The position numbers were made by a program, and so were the translations under genes. DNA of 62,006 nt, filler included, from Dimargaris cristalligena (lineage: Eukaryota), in NCBI GenBank assembly GCA_003614675.1. It is 3 parts of 3 records of this genome, joined end to end, with 100 filler letters (N's around TTAATTAATTAA, not from the genome) between each part and the next. Parts side by side here need not be neighbours in the genome. Positions count along the whole stretch, not along the records: positions 1 to 20,621 come from ML002690.1; 2 more parts are not named here. One strand, given 5' to 3'. The stretch's first letter is position 1. Each line of letters begins with the position of its first letter. Below are positions 1 to 12,433 of the stretch, one piece after another. The notes under the pieces are model-generated. The model searched no databases and was not told where the DNA came from. It worked only from the letters and a program-made list of their open reading frames with translations.

Positions 1-253
1 GTGGGAGCCGGGTAGTAAGATTAGTCGTCACCGAAACGTCGTCGGTTGGGGGAGTAGTAGTAATAGTAGTAGTGGTGGTGGTGGTGGTGGTGGTGGTAGT
101 CGTCGTCGTCGGGCAAGGAACGGGGGAAGGCGGAGTTTCAAAATTCGAACAGTCAGCTAGGACCGGCGGCTCGGGACACGGTGAAGCAGCAGTGGTAGGA
201 GCTGGGGACAGTGGCGGGATCGGCGTGGCATCAGAAGGCGGATCAGTAGACAT
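1..253 (-). CDS. 5' part of an unknown Pro/Thr-rich protein, running off the window edge
   Basis: ATG at 253 opens a stop-free frame to position 1: MSTDPPSDATPIPPLSPAPTTAASPCPEPP...poly-Thr...NLTTRLP. The minus-strand upstream region is pyrimidine-rich, like other leaders here. No recognisable domain. Confidence 0.45.
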   Translation of the reverse strand, partial: MSTDPPSDATPIPPLSPAPTTAASPCPEPPVLADCSNFETPPSPVPCPTTTTTTTTTTTTTTTITTTPPTDDVSVTTNLTTRLP

Positions 254-2654
254 TGAAAGGCAACGTATGGCCTGTTAGGCCTGTGAGGATCAACTCGGAA
301 ATGGTGGGAGAATAAGGCGTATAGTGAGGGGGTTTTGTGTATGCGTGGGGGGGGTTACATATGGATATAGAGATATATATTTATGGCGGGGGTGATGCGA
401 GTAAGTGGGAGGAATGAGAAATGGGAAAGACGCTTGCGGCTAAGCACGCAAAGCAGAACCAAGGACGGCAGTCAACCCAGGCTGCGGAGAAGCCAGCAGA
501 GATTAACCACTGATTAAGAAACCCACTGGAGCAGGGTTTCGCAGGGGGAGAGAGTAAGGGAGATGGGCCAGAGGGGATCAACTAACTAGACGCAACAATC
601 AAAGGCAGGGAGAATGCAAGAGAGGGAGACAGAGAGGGAAGTGAAAGCTCAGGGAAGGAAAGGGAATGGATAGCGTGCACATGTACCAGGACTAGCTAGC
701 GCACGCACAGACCAAAGTGGGAAACAGAACGAATAGCAGGCCAAGAGAACCTGAAAACACACCCCTGACCGAGAGAGTTAGTTAGTATATACTACCTGAC
801 AAACCTACAGGCGGTCTGGCAAAAGGAAGCCTTCTAACGACTGGGTCTGTGTTCTGTCCGTTTACAACAAGAAAGTCGACTATAAAAGATAAGTGAACCA
901 AGGTAAGGAAAGACAGGAAGCAAAGGGGGGCTCTTTAAAACTACAACGGGTTGGGCGTATATATATGTGTGTGTCGAGGAATGGGCGACTTAGGTCAATA
1001 GTAGTGCTGAAAACTGAAGCTTCTAAACGCTATATACGTAAGTAAGCCAAAGGCCTCTGTGTGGGGTGGTGGAAAGGTCCACTATAAGCTAAAGGAAGTA
1101 GAGGAAGGGAGGGGCGAAATACTTACTACTACTACTGGATTATCCCCACATTGACAATAGAGCAAAAACTCATGTATTATTCAGTGACCACGACTATAAT
1201 AGACGGATCAGTGAGAGAGTGTAACTGTGATCACAATACGATATGACAGTGTATATATATCTCCCCCACCCAAAAGAAAAAATCGAATTAAAACTGCCCA
1301 GGGCCCAGTAGCTGGAGAGTGGGTAAGGGAGGAGGTCAATCAGGGCACTATACTATGAAACGGCTATGGTGCCTTAATTATAATATAATCAATAAAAGAC
1401 AGTTTACCAAGCAATCAGTTTAAAAGTGGTCACCAAATCCAAAAAATGACCATACGCAGGAGAAAAACAGGCAGGAGTAGTCGCCCTTAGTCGGAAGTTA
1501 TCCTAATCTTATATATATATACCCTTTCTTCGCCTTCTCCCCCTACCTAGGGAGCTCATCACTAATTAAGCACAGTAGAAGGGAAATGAAGGTTCAGTTC
1601 AGATATAAAACGCGAAAAACCCGTTAAAGGGCGACGCGGCATTAACTCGTTCAACGGAGTATTGTCGCCCAATTTCCTTTTTGTATTTTACTGGAAATTG
1701 TCGATGGTTGGGTCGGAAATTCCCCCCACCCTGATATAGTCACCAGATTCGCCTCTACTTTCTTCATCTTATTCGATTTAATAAGGGGACCAGGAACGAC
1801 TGCCAAGGGTAGTCAACCCCCCCCCCTCCATATTAAAATGATAGGTCACCTCCCTACTTAATGTTCCAACTCCCCATCTTATATACATATATATATATAT
1901 ATTACCAATGCATTTTTGGCGGTAAGGTGAAGAAATATCACCATAGTCGGGGAATCATCTGCGACTCATCTTACATTCAAACAATCAATATCACCTGTCC
2001 AGACTGTGATTCTACAGGGATTCTCAGCCCAACAGCCAACCTTCATTTATCGTGACGCGTTGGCTGTTCATGGCATGGTAAACGGCCATCATTCAAGTAG
2101 CCCCCCATCTCTATACACAAGGGCAAAATCAGGAAGGTGTAATCATTTCCCAAATGAAAATAACTCACCCCACCCAATTCTGGAATTCTGTTTATCCGGC
2201 ACTGCTCGAGTTTCCCCCCAATCCAAATAACAGTTATATACCAACAAGCCTTTCAATTACAAACTTACATCCCAATATTGCCATTAATATTCCCGAATGC
2301 CGTTTAATTCCGTGCCGAACATCGCCGATCAAGAATTGACCTTGGATGTCAAGTCGAGAATACGGTTAATATATAAGGAGTATGGATAAGATGAAAATAA
2401 AGATAAATAAAAGACAGGACGTAATAATGTACATATGAGAAAGACACATAAAAAACATATGCAATAGCAATAGCAATAGTCAGCATAAATCATAGATTGA
2501 ACAACCAAGGGCCGATTCAGTTGAACCGATCAAGGGCAATAGCTGATCACCTAATCAGCCCCTTTGACCGATGTAACGAATACGGGTAATAAATACCTGA
2601 TAATCATAAATGAGAGTCAGTGTGAGTGACAGCCCACCCCCATCACTACGGTTC

Positions 2655-5600
2655 TTATCCATCGGCGCAATCATCAGAAGCCAGGGGCTCTGCTGCTGCT
2701 GGTGGTGGTGGTGACGGTGGAGTATCGTGCGACTTGTACTGAAACGCGTACGACACAATGCCTCCCGCACACTTCTTCAACACCGTATCTTCCGCCTTAT
2801 GGAGTTCCAAATCACTATAGTGGTTCCAGGTGGATGTATCACCGTACGCCAGTGGTTCGGGCGCCGCCGCGAATTGCCGATCCTTAACGCATCGTCGACA
2901 CCGAAACGTGGCATGTGTATTGGACCGCGTTTCAGCATCGTACAGAAACAGCTGTCGGAGTTGTTCGCGCGAAAAATGCCGTTCAACATCCTGTTCTTCG
3001 TCCACCACACAACTGCTGAGCGATTGCTTATGCGACTGCCGCTGGAAGATTTTCTCCTCAATAGTACCCGTACCCACAAATCGGTAAATAAAGCAAATTT
3101 TCTTTTGTCCGTCACGCCAGACTCGAGCGAGCGCCTGTTGGTCGGCCGCTGGATTCCAGTCGGGGTCAAATAGGATCAGTCGGTTGGCTCCGATTAAATT
3201 AATACCGCACCCACCGGCCTTGCTACTCAGTAAAAATACAAACTCGGGATTGTGGGGATTGTTGAACCGGTCGACTAGCTGCTGCCGTTTGGCGGTATTT
3301 AAACTACCGTCCAGTCGAATGAAGCCGTATCTAAATTAGCCAAATCAAAAAATACAAGGACATCAAACATAATAATGAGGATAATGGATTACAATCTTAA
3401 TGGCTATTCATCGAACTAGCATATTCCATGGAGGGAAGCTCGCCAAAAAAAACCCCTAAATAGAACCAATAATTCGACAGGAACTTACTTTCGCGACTGA
3501 CATAGACCCTCGAACACATCCAGGGTTTGGGTATAGTTACTGATCAGCACAATCTTGTCTTTGGAAGTGTCCTTGATCATTCGCAGCATACGGTCCAGCA
3601 CCAGCATTTTCCCGGAATACTCGGGCTGCCAGGCCACGGTGGACGATGAACCACCCCGTCCCCCTCCTAACTTGGTTGGGGCCGATGCCCCTCCAGCCGG
3701 CGGCCAAATTTCCGCAGAGCCTGGAATATCGGCAGGCAAGTTAAGCAAGCCGGGGTGGTTGCAGAGTTTCTTAAGTATGGTGATGGAACGCAACGACTGT
3801 GAGCCGTTACCCGCGAGAAGAGTTTTGACCGAGTTGGACTTGATAAATAACTGGTAGAGCTGGTCTTGGATAGGAACGGAGCGACAAAACACGACGTATT
3901 CATATTTGATGGGGACTATTGGGGAGTAAAAAGGCGAACGACCATGAATAAACAACTATTATGTTAGATATGCATTTTTCCCAACAGCTTTATAACCCCT
4001 CAGCGCTCAGAAATAAATAAAAACAAACCACCCAAACACTTACGGTACTTCGACAACAGATCATTAGTCCGGCGAATAATAAATTTACTCGCAATGGCCG
4101 ACAGTTCAGACAGTTTCTGGTCGCTCACTTCCCGCTCTTTTTCGGAAGCACAGGAGTCGCGGCCGCGTAAAATAGGATTCTCGTAGTTCTTCCGGAACTC
4201 GTTGGTGGAGCCTAGAAGCCCGGGATTAGCAAAATTTAGTAAACTAAAGTACTCGGTAAGATCGTTTTGAATCGGAGTGCCGGATAAAATGACCCGGCGC
4301 TGGACTTGGAGCATATTCAGGGCCTGAAAAGTCTGGGAGTTGGAGTTTTTCAAACGGTGGCCCTCGTCGCAGAGTAGCAGGCCAATGGGTCCCGCTTTGA
4401 GAATATTGATGTTGGTGCGGAGGGTTTCGTAGGAGATGATTAAAACGGGCTGGGTGTTCATCCGCCCGCGACTATGGACAAAATGTTGGAGGTCCCGCGT
4501 TATTTTCTCGCGTGTGCCCTTATTGTCACAGGCGTAGGGACTGATACGAATCGAACCAAGCCACTTGACTAGCTCATTGGCCCAGTTGCGAACTAAACTG
4601 CTTGGGCAAACAACGATGCATTTATCGATCCAAGGCTTACTGGGATCCGGCGACTGGCGGAGTAATGTCCAAAGCAGCGCAATGCATTGTAACTAATAGC
4701 GGTTATAGTACATGGGCGGAAATTCAATAGTAAAAATACCGACGGGTTAGTGGGGTACATACATTACCCGATCTACAATGGAAGTTGTATAATAATCCAA
4801 TGCAATATCCGTCTCAGGAGAATACATATTGAGGACAAGGCTGGCCATGTGCTGCTTACCGTTTTACCCAAACCCATCTCATCGGCCATAATACACCCAA
4901 AGGCGTTATCAACTACTCGACCAGTAACGCAGTCATACAGGAACTTCACCCCCTCTACTTGATGGGGTCGCAGGGTCTTGCTCAAGACGGGATCCACCAC
5001 CACATGTACTTTGGGTTTCTGTAGGGAGAGGAGTGAGGGCGACGACTCTTTACCTCCCGTTGCCAATGTCGGGGCAGCCCCTGAAATACTACCACCATCC
5101 CCCGGTTTACCGTTTGATGAGGTCGCTGCCCCACTATTGATGGTCAGTTTGATTGGGCCCCGTTTAGCAGTCGCGCTGCCTATTTTCAGTTTATCGGTTT
5201 CTGTCATGACCGGCGGTTCATACAAGACAATGGCCCCTTCGGCGAACGGGTCGTGGAGAGGCCGCTGGGCCAAATTAGGGCGCCGCCGAATCCCCAGGGC
5301 CCGACTCATAAGCGGGGTCGCTCGCATCGCCCCTTCGTCGCCATCGGGACCCGTGGCCCCCCCTGCTCCACCTTCCAAGTCGGCGGGTTTTTTCAAAAAA
5401 GGTGTGCGAAACGGTTTACGTAGATTCGATTGGATGCGTGCGGAACTGCCGCAAAAGATACCGTTGGCGTGGGTGGGAAGAATCGTCATAGGGACGGGCT
5501 TAGCTCCCGCTGTGGTGGAATCGGGCACAGATTCGTCTGACGCACCGGATGCGGTGGACGAGAGGGTCGGTAAACTAGTACTACTCCCGCTTAGCACCGA

Positions 5601-6296
5601 TTTCGACCAATTAAGGGCGGATCCCGGCAGTGGGGTGCGGACCCGCCCGGCTGCCGGGGCCGTAACTGTAGTTCCCGCACGCTTGTTAACCACGGTTGAT
5701 TCGGTCGCGGCCCGCTTTATTTTCTTGGGTGATTGCCTCGCGGCCGGCTTCTTCTTCTTATTATTATTCTTATTTTGGCCCGCAAAGTCGGAGAAATCGC
5801 TATCATCACCGTCGTCATTGTCGTCGTCGCCATCCACGGTGAACTTGCCATAGGTTGGGCGGTCGGAACTATTACTGGCTGTATGACCCGTCCGACGGGA
5901 ACCAAGTTGACTCCGGCTTCTTCGGCTGCGGCCCCCGGTATTAGCGGGCGACCCGGGTGGGGAAGGGTGGTGGTCATCGTCGTCCTCTTCACTGTCCCCG
6001 GAGATCACCACCTGGAGGATAGGGGTGGGCAGTAGTGGTATTTGTGGTGGTTTGCGTTTGGTACCCTGAGTTCGTGACGCGAGGGGCGGAGCGGGTACGC
6101 TGAGTAGGGAATCATCGGACTGGCTCGAGACAGACGACCCTTGTCGACGCAGCATAGCAGGCGCCACGCCAGCGTCGGAATCAAAATCGACGGAACTGAG
6201 TGAGGAAAGGGAGCTATTACTGCCGCGACGGCAGGTGGGGAGGGTGGGGGGGTAGTGCCGGCGGGTAGGGGAGACTAGGGCGAGGTTGCCGGACAT
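2655..6296 (-). CDS. RAD54: DNA repair/recombination SWI2/SNF2 ATPase Rad54 (4 exons, about 1062 aa)
   Basis: Exons 6296-4860, 4692-4044, 3915-3489, 3330-2655, all GT-AG and in phase. Motifs: VVVDPVLSKTLRPHQVEGVKFLY, ADEMGLGKT|LQCI, LLLCDEGHRLKN, LSGTPIQNDL, LLSSKAGGCGINLIGANRL, DWNPAADQQALARVWRDGQKK, and C-terminal THATFRCRRC. The N-terminus is long and low-complexity, so the true start could lie downstream. Confidence 0.95.
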
Positions 6297-6928
6297 TGCC
6301 AGGTTAGGTTAGGGAAATAGGAGGGTGGTGGGCTTGGTGGTTTAAATATTCTATAGGCAATACTAAATGAGAACAAGGAAGCTAAGGCTAGGTGAGAGAA
6401 AGAGAGAGAAAGAGAGAGAAAGAGAGAGAGAACAGCCCCACACAACACCTAAAGACCATACGCGCTATATGGACAAGTGCATACAGTCAAAAGAACAATT
6501 TTCATGATAATTTTTGTTGACCAGTAGTAGTGGACTTTTATAGTCTGGAGCAACAGTAGTAGTGGTATTATGGTCGTTTTACTAAGCATAAGCAATGGTA
6601 GTAAACAAGCAATGGCTGATGCCGCAGCTCCAAATTATACACTTTTCCTCCTTGTAGCCAAATATAAATGGGACAAATTTAGGTGTGGATGGGAACTTAA
6701 ATTACCCTGACTGCGGCAGACACGGCAATTTCGCAGAATACAGCCATACTGGTCAATTCCTCCCAAGGCTACCAGAACTATGTATATTTCCCCCCTACTA
6801 ATTGAATTCCCATTGAACAGAAATCAAGGAATATACATCATAATCGTACTTAAGTTTATTGGGTGCATAGAAATACGGCAGGAGCAGGGGAAACACACTA
6901 AAAAAAGAGCAAGACTTCAAACTTGTCA

Positions 6929-6956
6929 AATAATAATAATAATAATAATAATAATA
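6929..6956. repeat. (AAT)n microsatellite
   Basis: Directly visible trinucleotide run. Confidence 0.9.
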
Positions 6957-7125
6957 GAGGATAAAACACAAATTGAGTAGAATCGATTTAAAAGAATAAG
7001 ATAGACCATCGATTGAATACACGGGGTACTCAATAAGTGTTTAGACTATAGAGCCGAAATCACCAACAAAACTTCAGAGACCAATCTAGTCTCCCAAGGC
7101 TGACCAGTTCAAGCGGATACCTTCT

Positions 7126-8349
7126 CTATTCCGATTCGGACTCGGTTTCCTCGTCGGCTTCGTTCAGCCATTGAATAAACGGCTCGGCCTTGGCGTGAAT
7201 CTTTTTACCGGTATCGCGGTCCACGTATTTCTTGCTTACTTTAGCGCTCCACTTGGAAAAGGTCTCTTCATCAACCAAATCCAAGTCGTAGAGGGTCATG
7301 AAAATCTGGGGGGTCTTAGGGAGCAGTTCGGCGGGGTGCTTAACACCAATGAGGCGCTCGAGGCCACCGATGATGGAGCGCTGGTGCTTGTCGGTGCGAC
7401 CAAAAGCCATCAGGGTCTTCTGGTGGGCCTTGAGCTCGGCGACGACGTTGGTCGTAAACAGGGCTTGGACCAACACCTCGATGGCGCGGTGCTTACCCCA
7501 GACCTGCAGTTCCTCGGCCTTGGCGCGAATTTCGGCCCCACTGGCCTTGGGGTTCTGGGTCAGGAATTCCCCGAATTCGTCGTACTTGCTAGGACCGCCC
7601 GCATCGCCGTCTTCGAGGTCATCACCGTCTTCCAACATCAGTTTGTTCTGCAGACGGCTGGCGAGGGCCTCCTGACGGGCCTTAATGGCAGCGTCGGACA
7701 TGTCGTCGACGGCCCAGTCGTCGTCATCATCGTCCTGGTGACTGGCGGAGGGCAAATCTGCGGCCTCGGCCACGATACGGCGGGTCAGCTCGTCGTCGGA
7801 ACCGGCCTCGTCGAGGGAGGGGTCGCCACCCACGGAACCTACGGCATCGGTCGGGTCGTTGCCGGCGGATGCGTGTTGGCCGCGGGACTTCTTGCCCTTT
7901 TTGCCGGATTCGGGGGGGTTTTTCAAGATAAAGGTAGTGAGTTTGTGGCGCATTTCCACGCCGGTGCGCTGACCACAGGCTTTGCAATCGCGGATGATGT
8001 CCTGGTCGCGGTTGATGATTAAGTCCGTCTCGGGGTTTTTGCAGGACTGGCACAGCACGAATTTATCAATGAACACGTCAAGCAGGCACTGGAGACGATC
8101 GGCGTCGTGGGCACCGTTGACGATATAGCGGTCGCTCTTGTCCTCGCACTTGACCTGAGCACCCAACTCACAGCCGAAGAACTTGGTGGGGTAGGCGGGC
8201 GGGCGGCTCAGGGCGCGGGCGATGTCGGACATGTTGGGGATCACGGTCTTGATTCCGTTACCCTTGCCCTCAATCTTGGCCTGCAGCTTGGGCATTTTGT
8301 AGCGGTAGAAGGAGTCCTTCACATCGCGACGGATATTAATGTTCGCCAT
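7126..8349 (-). CDS. TIF5: Translation initiation factor eIF5 (intronless, 407 aa)
   Basis: INIRRDVKDSFYRYKMP, EGKGNGIKT, KFFGCELGAQ, Zn-ribbon CQSC...CKAC, and C-terminal W2 domain ending AEPFIQWLNEADEE. Start context agtATGg. Confidence 0.98.
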   Translation of the reverse strand: MANINIRRDVKDSFYRYKMPKLQAKIEGKGNGIKTVIPNMSDIARALSRPPAYPTKFFGCELGAQVKCEDKSDRYIVNGAHDADRLQCLLDVFIDKFVLCQSCKNPETDLIINRDQDIIRDCKACGQRTGVEMRHKLTTFILKNPPESGKKGKKSRGQHASAGNDPTDAVGSVGGDPSLDEAGSDDELTRRIVAEAADLPSASHQDDDDDDWAVDDMSDAAIKARQEALASRLQNKLMLEDGDDLEDGDAGGPSKYDEFGEFLTQNPKASGAEIRAKAEELQVWGKHRAIEVLVQALFTTNVVAELKAHQKTLMAFGRTDKHQRSIIGGLERLIGVKHPAELLPKTPQIFMTLYDLDLVDEETFSKWSAKVSKKYVDRDTGKKIHAKAEPFIQWLNEADEETESESE

Positions 8350-8413
8350 ACTGGTGGTGGTCGGAAGGGTGGAAAATATTATGCCGGTTGAGGGGACACC
8401 TTTGAAGTCGCAT
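8336..8413 (-). promoter_or_regulatory. Out-of-frame uORF in poor AUG context overlapping the eIF5 start (25 aa, MRLQRCPLNRHNIFHPSDHHQYGEH*)
   Basis: uATG at 8413 has context tccATGc, lies 64 nt upstream of the main ATG, and stops at TAA 8338-8336 inside the eIF5 CDS. It is the only minus-strand ATG between 8350 and about 8770. Confidence 0.8.
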
Positions 8414-10533
8414 GGATCGGAGAAGGGAGGAAAGGGTGGAATGCGCCTTGGGAAGCGGCGAGCGGAGGGAGTGGCAGGGAAATAGGGAAGGGGGGAGTGG
8501 ACGTGAGGTCTAGAGAAAGCGGCTAGTAGCGGGGCTAGTCGAAAGAACGAGCACGGGGGTTAACGAAGAAAAGCTTGGACCAAAGGAAAGGCCGAAGGAA
8601 CGGGGGATGAGAGGGTAAAAAAGGCAGGGGTTGGGCGGGAAGGAGAAGGGAACGAAACAATGGAGCGGTTAAAGAAAGAAATGGGGAAGAAAGCAACAGA
8701 GAGGAATGACAGTTGTGGGTTTAATTTAATACGTGGAGAGAGAGAGAGAGAGAAAGAGGGAGAGGATACGCATATATCTTTGACCATCATCCGCCTGTCA
8801 AAAAAAAATAAAGGAGAGCGGGAAATATATATTATTAATCACAGTATAAGCCTTGTTACTTAACTGGTGTATTGGGACATCCAAGGACGAATGGCGAGGA
8901 GAGGAAAGGATATACCAGCTACTTTACTAATGGGGCAGAGGGATATACCACCACCGCTACTAGATCTCCCTCGAATCTGTCAATAAACGACTTTATATAT
9001 ATATATATGATACACCACGACGGACCCGTCCTTTACTAATTATCTAGCCCTCCACGGGTCGTCGTATCTTCGATAATAGCCGGCCTGGCTTAAGGTCAAC
9101 GAGCCCTCTCCCGTCGCCACTACCTAGCTTGCGACCCTAACAACAGCAACGACTTGGACACGTGTAAAGGGGTATAGCATTATCAATACAGCCAGTATGC
9201 GGCTACTCTTCTCCCCCAATGCTTGTGGCCTATTTCTAGCCGAAAAAAATCGGAAACCCTTGCTCAAAGTAATAGTGTGGTTGGCTGTTCCCGCCAATTT
9301 GCCCCGATGTACATCACGTGATAAATGGGCATGATGGGAAGAAAAGTCCACCAATCCCAGGGGATTCATTCACACGCAGCCCCATCTCCCTCATGTTCTC
9401 TCTCAATTCGGGCTAATTTCGTGGGCAATCACCATCACACTAAAATTAGACAAAATATAACCAGGGCGAGCTTTGCCTGCTGCTCATTTCCCCACGCCCG
9501 CCAGAGCTGATGCAGTTTATCCGGGATCCGGGCCTATTTACGGAAACAGGCATCAAATATATATCAAACAGAGTTTGCCAACATCTCATCGCTATATCGT
9601 GTAGTCTATGAATAGAGCAAGCTCACCTAAAAATGACCCGATTGACACTTGTCCTTCGGATTCCCCCAAGAACTCCCGAAACCATGGCGACTGGAGGGGA
9701 ATAACAACAACAACAGCAGCCCTAACCCTAATTAATCTATCTCTCCAGCGGAATGCGATTGGTATATCCCCTTTTTACTCTAAACTCATTCTTTGCATAA
9801 CGGATACGTTTTAACCGATGAAACGCGGCTACTTGCACATTGGGGCGAGGGTTCTGCGGCACAGGCAGATGGAAGGGGGGGGCTGTACATGGTCGGGTGA
9901 ATCCTAAACCATCCACGGTATGGTTTACCAGCCATACACATGGTGGGCGTAAAAACCCCGGGCGGATAATCGTTGTTGTGGCATGGGTAATTAAAAATGC
10001 CACCCGTAGTGGCATGAGATTAATAAAATATAAAATTATACGCCCCACCGTTGTTTACCCTTATCAGGGGAGGGGTCGTCTAGACCGATGCGGCAGGAGG
10101 CCATCTGTCACCCTGTACGGCCAGGCAGGAAACAATCCGGTTACCTGCTTGACCATACTGCCGTATCCCCGGCATTGATGCACTAGGGTAGGGGGAGTGC
10201 ACCTACTGATGAAATAAATAAATATATATATATCTCTCTCTCTCTCTCTCTTTGGTCGATATTGACAGCTTAGCTGTGTATGAAGGACCGTTGATTTAGC
10301 CGGAGTGAGCCCCTCCCTCCTGGTCACAGCCGTGAGTCAGGCAGGGATCACCATCGATTACCCACCCCTCTACTCGCCTCACCTCACTGGCACTGTCACT
10401 GTCACCTAGAGGCCCCAGCCAACCCCCGGTTGATTAAAATCTATCCAAGGAATATTAATTTTTAGTTATCCGCCGGACCCGAGCCCAGAATGCCCCTATA
10501 ATTTTAGGTAATGGGCGTACTACACCCCCCCTC

Positions 10534-10535
<2 letters not shown>

Positions 10536-10567
<32 letters not shown>
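10536..10567. repeat. (CA)n microsatellite
   Basis: Directly visible dinucleotide run. Confidence 0.9.
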
Positions 10568-10568
<1 letters not shown>

Positions 10569-12402
10569 CCTTAACTATAACGACCACTGAATGCCAACTG
10601 ATGTGTTCAGTTGGAGAGGGGATTTCAATCATAGTGCACAGTCGGCTGATTTAGCGCAACTAAATTAGGGGCCATTGCCAATCTAGCTTCGATAATGCGA
10701 GGGGAGGGAATTACATGAATAATAAATGGGCCACAGACACTTCTTCTTATGTTTTAAGCGAATCCCAACGCGTCTCGGTATAAACAAGGCCCCGCGACAC
10801 GGGGAAATGAACGGTCGATCCCAGCGCGTAATGCAACTTGGAGGGACATCCTTATAATGCGAACCCCTCCCAATTCCTCTTCTACCCTTTCCATTAACAT
10901 CAATCCACGTCGGCTTTGCAGCGAGTGTGGAAAAGTGGCAGCCGGCCCTCTCACAACATTAATGCTGCTGGGGGATGTTTCATAATCCAATAAAAATTAC
11001 TAATAATATATATATATATATGTTTGAAAAATACAAGGCTTAATATCCAACCTAGATGCTTGTCTCTGGCTGCAAAAAAAAACTATTGCCGCAAGTGGGG
11101 TGGACGAAGGTACTGAGGGAGTGACGGTAGGGCCCCGAAACAGGGGGGGGGGGATATTATAGACCAGACTAGGTGATGAAGGTATGTGTGTGTGTGTGTG
11201 TGTGGAAGTAGGGCAGGGTGTGGGCTATTGTCCAGACCTCCACAGTAGTAGTGACCCTGGCCGACGTGTGCTGATTGTTTATACCCAACGCGCGCCCTGC
11301 CGGTTACTTAAACTACACCATCGCCTCGTTCCAATCCCTGCCCTTTGGCCCTCTCGTTGATTCCATCCCATACACACCTACGTTCCTTGTCTTGCCTTGT
11401 TTATCCTTCCTGGTCTACTTCTATTCCCCTCCCCTCCTCTCCTGTTTCCACTTCTTATTCTTTGATAGCTACCCCATACTTTTATTCGCCGGTACTGCGA
11501 CCTCGCCGGCTCACCAAATTATCATTGGGCCGTTTTTCAGATTATTTTATTAGATATATATATTGTGTTTTGCAGTAGTGTTACCTATAGCGACCCCGTC
11601 TCTGGTCTAGTAGGTGTAACCGTGTCCTTCTACCCAACCTCCCCTCTGTGAGCCCTATATAGTAAGAGCAGGTGTTTGAATTGGCTTGGCATTGCGATCC
11701 CTGGAATCCCAGAACTCGGATCCCATTAGTCTTTTACCGCCCTCCCGCTTGAGTTGCGTTCGGCCTTGGTCGCCTAAAGCCTTTCCCTTAATACCTACAC
11801 GTCAGTGGGGCGTATTTTTATTGTTTGGGATATAGTCAATTTGATGTTACCCCCTTTTCATAAAAGAGTGAGAGAGGACATTATTCGAAACTTTTTCAAT
11901 TATTCCTCCGCCAAACCCTGTCAGCAACGACCCCGCCCCCTCTGATTCCACCGTTCACGCGTGGCGCTTTCCAAGCTCTCGTTATACCATTGGCTGTGAT
12001 CACCATAGTCTCAATCGACTGCAGGCGCCTTGGTCGGACTTTTAAAAAAACCTATCATTGAATTTACGCCATCGTTACCCGCTTTTGCCCATTGAGCCGC
12101 AACAAGCTAGCAGTTATCAACCCGCGCTCTCACGAGTATATATCTCTAGCCTTAAAATCAGTTTGGCGATTGTCAGCTTGTCCAATTGGGCGTCCGTCTG
12201 TATTGTCTGCCTTGTCTTTGGCAAAGAATTGCAATAACGCGTGGATAACCAATAGCCGCCAACGTCCATCAGTCATTGTATTCATTATCCACTGTGCCTC
12301 TCCTATTTCACACCCGCCCGCCGGTTCCCACTCATCAACATCAACATCCTCAGGTAAGTGTTTATCGCCAAACTATGTCAGAATTACCCACCATTCCCCT
12401 TT

Positions 12403-12409
<7 letters not shown>

Positions 12410-12433
<24 letters not shown>
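12410..12433. repeat. (AT)n microsatellite
   Basis: Directly visible dinucleotide run. Confidence 0.85.

Noticed and set aside
2777-3169. Apparent frameshift or second ORF in the last RAD54 exon
   Set aside because: Exon 3330-2655 reads continuously in one frame; the ORF caller simply lacked an earlier start codon.
4978-8022. Long plus-strand ORFs 4978-5853 and 7171-8022 (likewise 27629-28663 minus, 53571-54092 and 54108-54863 plus)
   Set aside because: Antisense shadows of GC-rich real genes (RAD54, eIF5, calreticulin, CYS3), with no motifs of their own.
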